NCBI GenBank assembly: GCA_043228905.1
Contig: JBHGNT010000015.1
Span: forward strand, 2,852,001-2,916,000
Direction: 5' to 3'
Length of the DNA: 64,000 bases
Source of the DNA: Azolla caroliniana
Lineage: Eukaryota > Plantae > Polypodiophyta
In this document: positions 10,701-23,064 of the stretch, one piece after another
Layout of the letters: every line of letters starts with the position of its first letter
Position numbering within the stretch: position 1 is the first letter of the stretch
Notes under the pieces: model-generated
The model's input: only the letters and a program-made list of their open reading frames with translations
Told to the model about the DNA's origin: nothing
Database searches by the model: none
Position numbers and translations under genes: made by a program

Positions 10701-13700
10701 GCGAATTAATCTCTATATGCGTATGTTTTGTTTGGTCTGTTTTTGTGTAAATGTCCAAGAAATGGTGCCAAAGATGTACGAAAACGATGACAATGTTGAG
10801 AGGAAGTCATGGAATGAGGACGTTAAGTGAGTGTGCGAGAATGGAAACGAGAATGTGCAAATGTGCAGTTAACGACATAGTGCATGTGCCAGAAAGCGTG
10901 GTGTGAGAGACAACCAAAAAGACACAGCCGAACAGCGCCAGAACGGAAGCGGCCGGACCAGACAACTGACGACCGGACAGACGACGAGAGGATGACCGGA
11001 ACGGACAGACAAAGCCGGGATGACGACTGAACAAAGCGGCCAAGCGATGGACCTCGGCCAAAACAGACGGCCGACTGCAGACTTGCCGGATAGGGCTGAC
11101 AAGGCCGGCGACAACGACAAATGGAGACGGTGATGACCGGACAGGGCCAGATAGACAAGCGCCGGACAATGACCACATACGACAACAATGGCGGGGCCAG
11201 ACAGACATACATAGCAAAAGACAAAGCGAGGGAGATGGAGACAGCGATGACAGAGCCGGAAACGGCCGGAATGACGGATGACGACGGATCGTCGGCCAGA
11301 GCAGCAGCGGCCGGACGCATAACCAGAAACAGCCGGTAAGAACGGCCGGATGGACTAAAACAGACTGGACCAGACAAACAAATGAACCGGAAGATGAATG
11401 ACAGTGCTAGACAGAGACGACGAAACTGGTGGCTGGAGACGGAGACGAAAACGGAAACGGTGGCGGGAGTAAGACAAGGCCGGCAGGACGACGAAGATGC
11501 CTAACGATAAACGACCAAACAACGGCCGGACGAACGGCCGGACAACGGACAACAACAGTTAGGAGATGGCCAAAGTGACGGAGAGGCAACCAAAAGGGCT
11601 GGATAGAGACATTGGACGAATAGAAGGGTGGACAACGGCCAGATCGACGGCCGGAATAGAGACAGGCCGGATAGGGCTAATAGAGACGATGACGTCGGAC
11701 AGTGGCCGCACAGAGATGGTTGCAGAGGCAGAGACAGATGGCGACTGGCGCTGAGGGATGGATACTATGGAGCTTCAGAAGGAGAGGAAGCAAAAACAGG
11801 CATAGAACGAGGAGAAATAGAGCAAAAGGAAGAAAAAAGAATGAAGGAGAAGAAAGGATGGAGCAGCACAAACAAAGAAGAAGAGAAAGAAAGAGAGGAA
11901 AAATGTAAGAAGTCATGGAAGACATGGAGAGATGGAGAAGCGAGACAAAAAAAGAAGAAGAAAGAGAGAAAAAGAAGAGAAAGAAGAAAATCGAAGAAGA
12001 GAAAGGCATAGAGAGACAGACACAAGCACGAGAGAGATAGAGATACAAGAGCAAGAAGAAGAAATAAAGAGAAAAACCTAGAATAAAATTGAAAACAGAG
12101 GGAAAAAGAAGAAGAAAAAAAGGGGGGGCATGTAACAAATATTGAAACCCTGAGGGTGCTGAATGAAATTGTGAAACCTCGAGGGTACATATCAAAATTT
12201 TAAAAAACAAGAGGGCACCACTAGAATTTTGAAAATCCCCAAGACTACTCACACACACTCAAAACAAAGGAAGAACACACATACATACGACATGATTTTG
12301 GACCCATGACGAAGTTCGTAAGTCGACAGAACGAGAATGTTTGTGTCGCGGACGATTTGCTGACCGACAAAGATGTTCGAGTCAAGCATTCCGATCGAGG
12401 GAGTCGATCGTTGAAAGGACCGATGGAAGTTCCGGTCGAAGAAATATCATCATCAAGGCATGTGGGATCGACGTGCAAGGCACTTTCCCACGGGCGTGCC
12501 ATATTGTGTTACCCCCCGTACGAGATGTACGGAGAGTCAATGTGATGAGCGAGGGTCAAATGTGATCATGATGATTGTTGTGTGTGTGTAGGGGGCATAA
12601 ATGTAATTGTGAGTCGATACGTATGTGAACACATGCACACGTGAGTGCATGTGGATGGATACGAGGAGGTGTGAGTGAGTGTCCAGTATGAATGCTCGAG
12701 GGGGCTTACACCCCTATGTATCTACCCCCTCTTGTACTATTTAACCCCTTATGGGGAATGAATGAAATATGAATGAACATTTCTCTCTATCTCTCTTTTC
12801 ATCTCTCTCTCTCTCTCTCTCTCTCCCCCCCTTACGTTGAACCCCCTTGGGAGGGGGGTGGAGCCATTCTAGGCACCACCCCCCACCCCGCAATGCTTCT
12901 CAATGCACATGATCTCTCTCGCCATCAATCCCATACTCTCCATCATCATCATAACCACCATGTCTATCTTTATCATGATTATCATCGTCCTTAACCCTAA
13001 CTCTAAAACCTACAACACTTGTCAACCAGATCCCACACCCGGTAACCAAACTCATCATCGCCATATCCAAGGAATATGCATGGCTAGGACTTCGGATCCA
13101 GCTTTGCTCTCTTGTCCTTCGCCACATGCACATAAGCGAGACATCCGAACACCTTTAGATGCCAGTAGGATACGTTCTTACCGGTCCATACTTTCTACGG
13201 TGAATCTCCTTCTAAGGGTGCTGAGAGTGATCTGTTTATCACATACGTTGTCGTCGTCCACACCTCAGCCCAAAACGTCTTGGGTAACTTTGCATGTGCA
13301 AGCATGCTTCGGACTCTCTCCATTATGGTCCGGTTCATTTGTTCAACCATCCCATTCAATTCTGACGTCTTCGGCACGGTGAACTCGAGCCGGATTCCCT
13401 TCAACCGGCAGTACTCCTCGAACTGCCCCCAGTATTCTCCTCCGTTGTCCGTTTGAACCGTCTTCAGCTTCCAGTCGGTTTCTCTTTCCACTCTTGCGTG
13501 GAGCTCCTTGAAGACGGATAGCACCTGATCCTTCGTCTTCAACGGTGAGACCCATAGCTTCTGGTTATGGTCATCTATGAATGTCACGAAGTACCGCGAT
13601 CCGGCATGTGATTTCGTGTCCACTTGACACACATCGGTATGCACCAGCTCCAGTGGTGCATTCCGTCTCATCGGTGGTCTCGATCGGAAGGAGGTTCGGT

Positions 13701-15730
13701 TTTGCTTGCCGGCCAAGAAATCGGTGCACTTCTCAAGGTGCACATCTTTCACCTCCGGAATGAGGTTGTCTTCGGCAAGTCTTCTCATCCCCTTCTAGCT
13801 CATATGACACAACCTCTTGTGCCACAGCTCACCGGCACCGGATGCTACATTCACTTCTTCCCGACATATCCGGGCCTGCACCAGCTACAATGTGTTGATC
13901 TTCCAAGCTCGAGCCACAATCAGGCTTCCTTTGTTGAATTTCATGACTCCGTTCCGGATGCTACCCATGTAGCCTTCATCATCTAGCCGACCGGCTGATA
14001 TTAGGTTCAGTCGAACCTCCGGAATCTGTCGAACATCCTTCAGTATCAACTTGCATCCGGTTGATGTCATCAACAACACATCTCCTATGCTGACAATTTG
14101 GCAGGTCTCTTCATTCCCCATCTGGACACAACCATGATCTCCGACTGTGTAGAATGAGAAGCACCTCCATTCCAATGTCAGATGGAATGACGCTCTAGAA
14201 TCGACAACCCACGTTGTCTCGTCACCAACAAGGTTTAACTCATTCTCCTCGGTAAGGAGCATCAGTTCTTCTTCACTTGTCGCGATCGCCGACATTCCTT
14301 TCTGATCCGGGCCCTCTCCGGTCCGAACCGTTTCGGTCTGAACTCTTCTCCGAATCAGTGGTGACGGTTTCTTTCTCTTTCTGAAAATGCTGACAGCTCT
14401 TTTGGAAGTGCCCTGACTTCCCACACTAGAAGCAAGTAGGCCTCCCGCTTGACTTCGACCTCGTCCCCGACTTGTCCTGGTTTTGGGGACTCCGATATCG
14501 GCCTCTTCCTCGGTTGTGGTCATCTTCTGTGACCAAGGCCTACTCCTGGTCCTTCCAGCGAGCTTCTTCATCTAGCAAGCTTGATTTTACCCTTGCTAGG
14601 GACAACTGCTTTCCTTCCATCCCGGCGTTGCCCAACGTGACAACTAGCGTCTCCCAACTATCTAGGAGGGATCCGGGCAAGAGTAATGCGAGTACCTCAT
14701 CGGTGAGAGGTACTTCCAACGAGGTTTCCTAGTGGATCAGTCCCTGGAAGGCATTCATGTGCTCCGCCATATTGGAGCCGTCTTGGTATCAGAGCCTCAC
14801 TAGCTTCCAGAATATGGAAACCCGATTAAGAGCATTCTTGTTCTGGAACATGATGTCAATCTTCTCCCAAAGTTCATGAGCCTTACTTTCTTCATTGAAG
14901 TTATTGTATAGACTCATGTTGATGAAGCACCAGATGTATCTCGTCGTTTTCATGTGCATCACCTTCCACACTGTGGCGTCGATCTTATCCGATCTCTTGT
15001 CCCCAAACTGAACCGGCAACCAAAGATCTTAAACCACCAGCATATCCCTCATCTTCGACTTCCACACTGAGTAGTTGGAACCGGTGAGTTTGAACATGTC
15101 GTTTGAACGATTCTTCCATTTCCTGTGTTGTTTGCTCTGATACCAGTTTGTGAAGAATAGCACGGAATACTACTCGGCCACACCCGAGTCTTTAGATCAC
15201 TTCGTTTAAGGATCAAACACAGAAATGGGAATAGAGATGAATACTCATACACCAAAAGAAAGTACACATGATGTTTACGTGGAAAACCCTAATAGGGAAA
15301 AACCACGGGAGCCCACAGACTCCAAACTATCACTATATGAGAAAGGTACAATTTGAGAATCAGAGGCAACAACCTTGAGCTCTGTTTCTTCGCCAAGCGG
15401 TGGTTACAACAGAGTATATCGCTTTGTATCTTCTCTCTCTCTCTCTCTTTCTATATGTTACTCTTTATACAACAGTTATACACATACAACAATATAACCC
15501 CACTCACACTCACATTGAGTGATTGCCCTAAGTCATATTTATACTTATATGAACTTAGGGCTATTTACAAATATAGCCTCAATAGGCTTACTCAAAACAT
15601 ATTTACAAATATGTCTTCTCTTCCGATTCTCACCGGGTCCATCCGATCCGGTTTCCGAATCTCTTCCAGTTCTCATCGAGTCCTCTTCATTCATAACCGA
15701 ATCCCATCCAGAGGGACCGATTTCCCAACA
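7784..15730 (-). mobile_element. Degenerate Ty1/Copia element (Tnt1/Tork-like), related to the intact copy at 47363
   Basis: RNase H 8094-8405, RT 8418-9476 (QLDVKTTF, YVDDM), integrase 13195-13788, protease/gag 13885-15120. PBS TGGTATCAGAGC at 15134-15145. 5' LTR 15149-15730; partial 3' LTR 7784-8044. Confidence 0.95.
9984..13017. mobile_element. Non-coding composite insertion bounded by two different inward-facing LTR+PBS units
   Basis: TSD CTTGT at 9979-9983 and 13018-13022. LTR-A 9984-10420 (+) with PBS TGGCGACCACGAAGG at 10429-10443. LTR-B 12505-13017 (-) with PBS TGGCACGCCC at 12492-12501. Confidence 0.7.
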
Positions 15731-18569
15731 CTTTCACTCTTCTACTCGTACGATCCCCACATAATGCACGGTCTTCCTACTTTGGCGAATACTTGCAAGC
15801 CTCCCCCACTCCTTTTGTAATGTGGGGGATAATTGGAGAAGTTGCGGCCATGTTATCCTTGCTCCACTTGATATCAACTCATGTGTTAAATTGAAAGCTT
15901 CTACACCTTCACCCATAGGAATGCCCTCCATCTTGATCTTCCTTCTAGAGTGTCCCTTTCTTAATTTCTCCTCTTTCTCATTCTCCTTAGACTTCTTCTT
16001 TTGTCTTGAGGCACTAGATTCTCCTTCAACTTCTTTCTCCTTTTGCGAGGACCTTGTCCTTTTCACATGAGTTACTTCACAAGCATTATCACTATCATCA
16101 TTAAAATTAAGAAGATTCACATTATGAGGAATTGTAGGAACCTGAGCCATAGGAGGTGTTATGGATTCGCCTCCTTCGACTCCATTGTTGATAGGTCGTT
16201 GTCCATTCCGTTGCACTTCATACATGCCTCTTTCCATACCTCTTTGTTGCCGATGAGAACATCTTGTTGAGATGTGTCCTTCCTCTTGACACGAATAACA
16301 AATTACACCATGATGTCCTCTAGGGCCACCACCGTCGGGAATAGTGTTGTGAATTGCTTGGAATTGTCGCAAATGGGCCATCACTTCATCAAAGCGTTGA
16401 TTCACCAAGGTCATAGTACCTTGTTCACTCTTTCCTTGCCCCACTTCTTGGAATATACTTGTTGGGTTTATTGTTGTGGTGGTATACACATTTGGAAACA
16501 CTTGTCCACCATGCACAATTGAAGATGAGGCTTGAAAGTTGGCACGAGGCATCAAATTTGCACCCAAAGCCATCATTTCGGGGTCCCCCATGGAACTCAT
16601 CATCTTCACTTGTCAATCATAAGCTTGGAAAACTTGAATGAGAGCTTGAAAAGATGTAGGATCCTTCAAGTTTGCCTCCAAACGGAAATACATATCAAGA
16701 CCCATCTTGAATCGTTCCATTTTAAACCACTCGACTTCAGTGCCACCACGAAGACGAATCCATGTTGTCCACAAATCCTTGCAATTTCTTTCATACTCAA
16801 TGAAACCAAGTGGTGATTCCATCTTTAGTCGAAATAGGTCTTCCCTTACTTCGGTTGCACTTCATCGTTGAATATATTTGGCACGAAACTGGTGCACCAA
16901 CAATTGATATGCTCCTTGTTGGTTTGGTGGAAGAGAGTCATACCAATCTCGAGCTCGACCATAGAATGTTGCTACCAACAAAGGTAACTTCTCATTGTCG
17001 GTGATGCGTCCAATAGAGACAACATGATGCTCAAAGGATGCCAAAAAGGCACCAACATCTTGTATTATTTCACCTGAAAATGCAAACTGCATAGCTAAGT
17101 TAATGTAGTATAGTAACACAATTAAAGGACAAGTTCTCCTCCTATATGGAAAGGATCGGCCCTCCTTGGAGCACCAAAATGGTAGGGTGTATAAGACAAG
17201 GGATATTCGTACACAATATGGGGGCTTGACCAAATTGATTAGATGGAGTTGTGAATTATAATAGATTATATAGATATGTAACTACGATTTATAGAGGAAA
17301 ACTCAAGAAATTAAGATAAAAGGTAGGCAAGATGAGAAAGAGATAAGAATGCTATAATATTCTACTTCAAGTCAATACAAAGAGGATAAACTCCACAATG
17401 AACTTAAAAACCAAAGACCTTCTTACTACCCATCATTCAAACCCACTACTAAGAACCATCTTCTTCAACTAAGATACCTCTTCCTAAGACTCCTCCTCCT
17501 CTATTATAATTTTCTTCTTCTTCCTCGTTCACGCTATTTTTAGAAGCTTTTTATCTCCTATTTTTAGCTAAGACCCAGCTACTTTCTAATCATCGTATCT
17601 CCCTCATCAGAGCTCCAAATTTAGTGATTTAAAGAGATATGCATAGATCTCTTTACGAGCTTTCTAACCCATATTTGCACATGATATTTGGCTTCCAAAT
17701 GAGAGAGTTATTACCATTCATTTTAGACTGTTTTTAGGTGGCCCGCTTTTTCTCTTTTTACTTTTCTCTTTGTCTCTTACTTTTACTTTTGACTTCTTAA
17801 GATATTGGTTCGTGTTCTTTGCCTCGAAATGTGAATGCTCCATACATTACATTCTTCTAACATTCAATGGCTTGAATTCTAAAAACACTTTCACACCATG
17901 TAATATTTAGAAAGTAAAAAGGGGGTAGGAGGAGGGAGGGAGGGAGTTGTTTGTACAGAGAGGCTGCGTGGGGGGAGAGAGGAGTGGGGAAGCTTAGGGT
18001 TACGTAGGTGGGAGACACTATTTTCTTCATAATACATGTGTGGGGTTGGGAGGAGAGGGGGCATGTATCCATGCCAACTGCCTTGTGCAGTCTCGTGCAT
18101 CATGCCATGGAGGGGTGGTTGTAGATCTATAGGTCGGCTGTCATACACAGTTCGGAGCCTTACATCGAAGGGGGAGAACGGGTATGATTAATGGTTTCCG
18201 TTTCCATTTCCATAGATATGGTCGTTACCAGGCCGAACATGGAGTGGCGGCCATGTTTGTAATTGTGGATGGTGTTGGTCGCGCCGGAGTTCGTTGTGAG
18301 TGGATGGCTGGTTCATGTCGAATGTTGGTGGCGGGCATGATATGTATGGTGCTAAAGTATGTGGATCCGACACATATGGTGGATGGTGTCCGGCGCTAAT
18401 TGTGGTATAAGGATGTGAGGGAAGTTTATTTTGTTTATAAAATGTGATCCTCGGGCCATTAAGGTTGAAAGGGGGGATGGAGTTCTTACTAACTTCGTTT
18501 GTGGCTATGTTGCAGGTAAATCGGGGGAGGGAGTGATGGTTGGTTGGTCGTTGAGGCTTTTATTGCAAG

Positions 18570-18666
18570 GGTTTAGGGTTAGGTCTATGGTTGGTGTTAT
18601 TTTTAGGGTTAGGGTTAGGGTTAGGGTTAGTAATAGGGTTGGTTTTAAGCTTATGATTAGGGTTAG
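18570..18666 (+). repeat. Interstitial TTAGGG-type repeats
   Basis: (TTAGGG)4 at 18603-18626 plus scattered units; (CCCTAA)3 also at about 19043-19063. Confidence 0.8.
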
Positions 18667-18752
18667 GATGTATCTTTTTAGGACCAAATGGTCGAATAGG
18701 TACATCACTGTTATGTTTAGTACTACTCGTGTTATCGAGAGTTGTAAAGCGT

Positions 18753-19401
18753 TGTCGCGTTGCTACACTGTCGTAGTGTATTCCGCACACTACGTGAAAA
18801 CCATAAAATAATCTCACGTAACGATCCGGAGCCGAAAGGCACGACAACGCGCGTGCGTGGAGAAGGGCGGGACCACGGGGGTCTTGGACTAAGGAGTAGA
18901 GGAGAAGGAATCGGACAGGGAATGGAAGCTTTGCTCAAGAAGAAGAAGAATGAACACGAGATTAGATCGAACAAGATGTATTAAAACGAAATGAACGATT
19001 ACAAAATGGTGGCCGCATAGGCCGCATCAAACAACTACTCAAAACCCTAACCCTAACCCTAACGCTTGACCTATGTGGTATACCCCGCACATTCAAAATA
19101 GGCAACCCTCACAATGGTGCCTTCCCTCTCCTTTTATAGCACAAGGAGGGAAGACCGTTTACAAAAACGAGACTAAAATATCCCCTTTCATTCAAAGGGG
19201 ATATTTGCCTTGATTTGGGGAGGATGAGATTGATGGCCCCTTAACTCCCACCTCCTCACAAACAACTAGGTACCTATGTACCGCATAGTACCTCTCTCTC
19301 TCTCTCGCGTGGATGTGCGCACAAGACCACATCGCCTTTATACCTTAGGGATCTTATGGGGCATTTCTAGCACCATACCCTTTTCCCCTATTATTATTAC
19401 A
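18753..19401 (-). mobile_element. Probable LTR fragment or solo LTR (Gypsy-like)
   Basis: TG...CA ends and a TATA-like ttttata; local resemblance to LTR-B near its outer end; no TSD found. Confidence 0.35.
18769..18846 (-). mobile_element. 78-bp mini element sharing both termini with the 60701-61543 element
   Basis: TGTCGT...ACGACA ends; flanks acac and acgc (near-TSD). Confidence 0.7.
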
Positions 19402-19559
19402 AATACATTATGTACGTGTGCAACGTTGCACATCGCTCTTTGGCTCTCGTTGCTCGGGTTTCCGCTCGTGGACGAAAATCTTCACGACAGCGTGATGGAC
19501 TGTTATAACAATCTTCATAGTCTTTCTCTTCACTCATCTCTATTTCTATTTTTCTAATG

Positions 19560-20949
19560 TTTAACTTCTCTGACGTATCTACAATATTTATGTGTGTTTT
19601 TTGTAAGAGTTCATTGTTTGTGAGTGATTTTTCTTTATATTTAGTAGCATTTAAATGGATGACAGTTTCGATTGTGTGATTCATTGCAAAATCATCACAT
19701 GCCTGTAAAATTTCTATAGCAAAGGTTTGTTGCCATAATGCTAAGGTTTCTTTAAAAGTATTACTATTAGTATTAGAAGATATTGATTGTGAATATAAGG
19801 GTTCTTGAATGACTTCAGCAATCTTACTTATAACTTTGTTCTTGAAATGTTCTCCAATGAAGGAAATTGGATACTAGATTTGTTCTCCTGATCGGGTAAA
19901 TTATTATAACTTTGTTTGCCATGCCTTTAGAAATCAATATAGTTTATGTTTAGCTAAAGCAATCTTCATTTTAAATTGTTAACGTGTACTACATCTGCAT
20001 CTTCATTGAAGCTATTCAAAAATATTGTTGCACTTAAAAAGGATTATGAGAAAGTGAGTTTCATTAACATGAGGATTAAAGCCTTAACATTTTCAATCTG
20101 CATCTCATGAACCTATTCCTCTATTAGCTGGTGAACCTAGGGAGCTTATTGATTTTGTCGATGAGCTATTTGAGGACCCTATCATTACTAGCCTATGTGA
20201 AGTATATACTAGTAGTATCTACTAGCCTATGTGAAGTAGATGCTAGTAGCATCTACTATCTACTTCACATAGGCTAGTAATGATAGGACCCTATCATTAC
20301 AAAATTTGTGTAGTAATAGCCCAAATTTTGTAGGGGAGTCCTCAAAAGGAAGAAGAGGAGAGCAATGTGGATACCCTGATAACTATGTGATATGTTCAAA
20401 TTGATATATTAATGTTCACGTCTAAGATCGACAGTTTATGAATATTGTCTACATTTTTGGAGTTGTGAACTTATCAAAACTGTTTATAAATATTGTCTAT
20501 GTTTCTTGAGTTGTGAATTTATGGATGTTGATGAACACTAACTTTATAGATGTTGATGACACTAAGGATTACAATGTTACCTCTTATACTCAAAACATTT
20601 TCAATAACAATAGATGTTACTTCCACTTCTAGAACCTACATCTCCTCAAGATGGTGAAACCATTAATCTTAACTTGTGCTTTGAGTTAACCGTTGTGATT
20701 TTCTTTAAGTTAGCTACATTTCATATCTGCAAACTGTCAACGTTTAAACATTTATTAAAAAACTATTCAATTTTAGAAATTATCATTTTGACACTAGTCA
20801 AATCTCAAAAAATCAACAAATTTTATATATTATTTAAAACATGTGATACTCATGTATCAAGTTTCTGAAAATTGCTTAAAATCGCAAGATTATAAAAAGA
20901 ATCTACAAGTGGAATGCGCGATCCTTCCACTTGTGAATGCGAACGTGTT
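19560..20949 (+). mobile_element. TIR DNA transposon, copy 2 (one end only) with methyltransferase remnant
   Basis: TIR at 20915-20949 with subterminal sequence matching 7321-7379; left boundary approximate. Confidence 0.8.
19805..20390 (+). pseudogene. N4C/N6A DNA methyltransferase remnant, second copy
   Basis: VLEMFSNEGNWILDLFS*SG, gtaaat donor at 19896, then TTSASSLKLFKNIVALKKDYEKVSFINMRI from 19986. C-terminal tail homologous to 5960-6113. Confidence 0.8.
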
Positions 20950-21828
20950 CCCCCATGCATAAGGAAAATTGTGCATTTTTCACCCCCTTGCCCACACAAC
21001 ATTACAGTTGTGTAACCACGTCCACACTTGAACATCTTCAAATAACCATATTTCGAATTTGTTTATGACAATGGATGATGCAAATTTATTCAATAATGGG
21101 ATGCATGTGTGTTCATAATGTTGTTTAACAGTGATATGTTTGTAATACTAATGCGTCGCCATGGATTCACTAACCAAATGTGGACCTTGGTGGCCCTCTT
21201 GGAATTGGTCACCATCCACCTCCGTACATTGACAAAACATTTTGTCATGTTGCTTTTGGCCGTAATTGCCTTGTAATTCTTCATGTTGGTAGGATATGCA
21301 AGTTGTGCACTCAATGCATCAATGAATATATAATGCAACAAGACAATCCTTAGCAAACAACATCCCTCACCACCTTGCACATCCACCATTTATGCGGGCA
21401 ATAAGGCGCATACCCAAATTTGGTTAGTAAGGTGCGATGATGTTTGAAATGTTAATAGAATGGAAGATATGGAAGTCAAGGGGGTCTAGCTAGACTTCAT
21501 GATGTATGAGAAAAAATAACAAATTTGGAAATGTGCGGCAATGGAGAGGGTATGGGCTAGATAGATAAATAGAGCAATATCTTTTTAAGATCCATGGGAG
21601 ACCGTTTGCAATCTACAAGATCAGGCATGGCCCATGGCAAGATAATTTGGGGTTCTCCCAAAATGATGACTTTGATGCTTCGATGTAAGCCACACGACCA
21701 ACCATTAAGAACTTGAATCTACATGTAAGGATTGCTTATGGCTTAATATAATCAATACAATTATTAAATAACCAACCAATTATAATTAGAAAACACTTAA
21801 GATTTTGGAGGCTTCTTAAACTAGTCTT

Positions 21829-22350
21829 GCAAAAACAAGAGATTGCCTCCTTAGAAAAGCGAACATTAGCTAGCCAAAAATAATAGATTATGTCCTTAGA
21901 AAAGTAAACACTAGTTAGGCATATATAGTATTAACAAATAGATCAATTGATTAAACATCCCATTCATTTGCGCGCATAACATAACATTATGCGGGCCCAC
22001 CTCTCCTTTTTTATTTGTGACTGCATCGATGGATCATGATATAAAGGATAAGGTTGAGGGTGATGGTTAGGAAGAGAGGGTTTGAAACACCCCATTTTTT
22101 AAGGCTTTCCAAACCAGGCTGGCAAAAACAAGAGATTGCTTCTTTAGAAAAGCGAACGTTAGTTAGCCAAAAATAGGAGATTGCGTCCTTAGAAAAGCAA
22201 ACCCTTGTTAGACATGTATAGTATTAACAAATAGGTTAACAGATTAAACACCCCATTCATTAGTGTGGATAACAGAATGTTATGCGGGCGCACCACTCCT
22301 TTTTTTATTTGCGACCACATCGATGGATCGTGACATGAAGGATAAGATGG
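21829..22350. repeat. Diverged direct duplication (about 225-bp units, period about 293 bp) upstream of the SPX-RING gene
   Basis: gcaaaaacaagagattgc...gatggatc..aaggataag at 21829 and again at 22122. Confidence 0.85.
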
Positions 22351-22820
22351 TGAGGAAGAGAAAGATGAACTAATCGGGATTTACTAGGAAATAGCTGTCT
22401 GACTGTATTACAGAGAAGGTTGGCTGTTGAACGATTCTTGTTTTAATAAAAGAATAGCTGCCCGATTTTATGAAGGAAAAGCGAAGCCGAAATGCCCCTC
22501 CTTTGCATTAAAATTATAAGAAGAAGAAGAGAGGAGAGATGGGGGGGGGGGGGGGGGGTATTTCGGGAATTTCGGGAAAACATGAGGGATAATATTATTG
22601 TTTTGGAATATTATAATAGAATTAATAATAGATAAATGACGAAATTAAATCGATTTATTTATTTATTAAGTAGCAAAATCTAATATGAAATGTTAACGAA
22701 TGAAGAACTGTTTTTCTTCTTCTATTTTTCCTTCTTTTTTTTTCTGTGGGTTTCTCTGTCGCGATTTCTCGTCTGCGCCATCGCCATCGCTCCAGCTTCA
22801 TATATGTATATGCTCCCGCC

Positions 22821-23004
22821 ATGAAGTTCAACAAGAAGTTCTCTGCGTACGTGGAGACGCAGAGAAGCCTCCTCCCTGGCGTCTCCAACGTGGAGTTCAA
22901 ACGCCTCAAGAAGCTTCTCAAGCATTGCCCCTTCCATGGATCTAGGTACCAGGCGGAATTATCCTCAACTCCTGGTTCTTCTTCTTCTTCAACTGCACGA
23001 TGTC

Positions 23005-23064
<60 letters not shown>

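Larger units (their letters stand above)
2746..17895 (-). mobile_element. Degenerate Gypsy-type LTR element (pol deleted) hosting later insertions
   Basis: 3' LTR 2746-3101 plus 7380-7531 followed by a PPT (tttagcctccccc). Matching 5' LTR about 17237-17895 with a TGG-starting PBS-like site at 17219-17233. Gag remnants 15734-17100 with GRARDWY and the knuckle CYSCQEEGHISTRC. Confidence 0.8.

Noticed and set aside
10413-12565. ORFs in the purine-rich interior of the composite insertion
   Set aside because: Low-complexity translations with no domains; compositional artefacts.
21090-21389. 99-aa ORF as a gene
   Set aside because: No recognisable domain or splice structure.
22600-22820. miR827 target site or P1BS near the NLA-like start
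   Set aside because: No miR827 complement seen in this region; the only GNATATNC noticed (about 21292) is 1.5 kb away and expected by chance.
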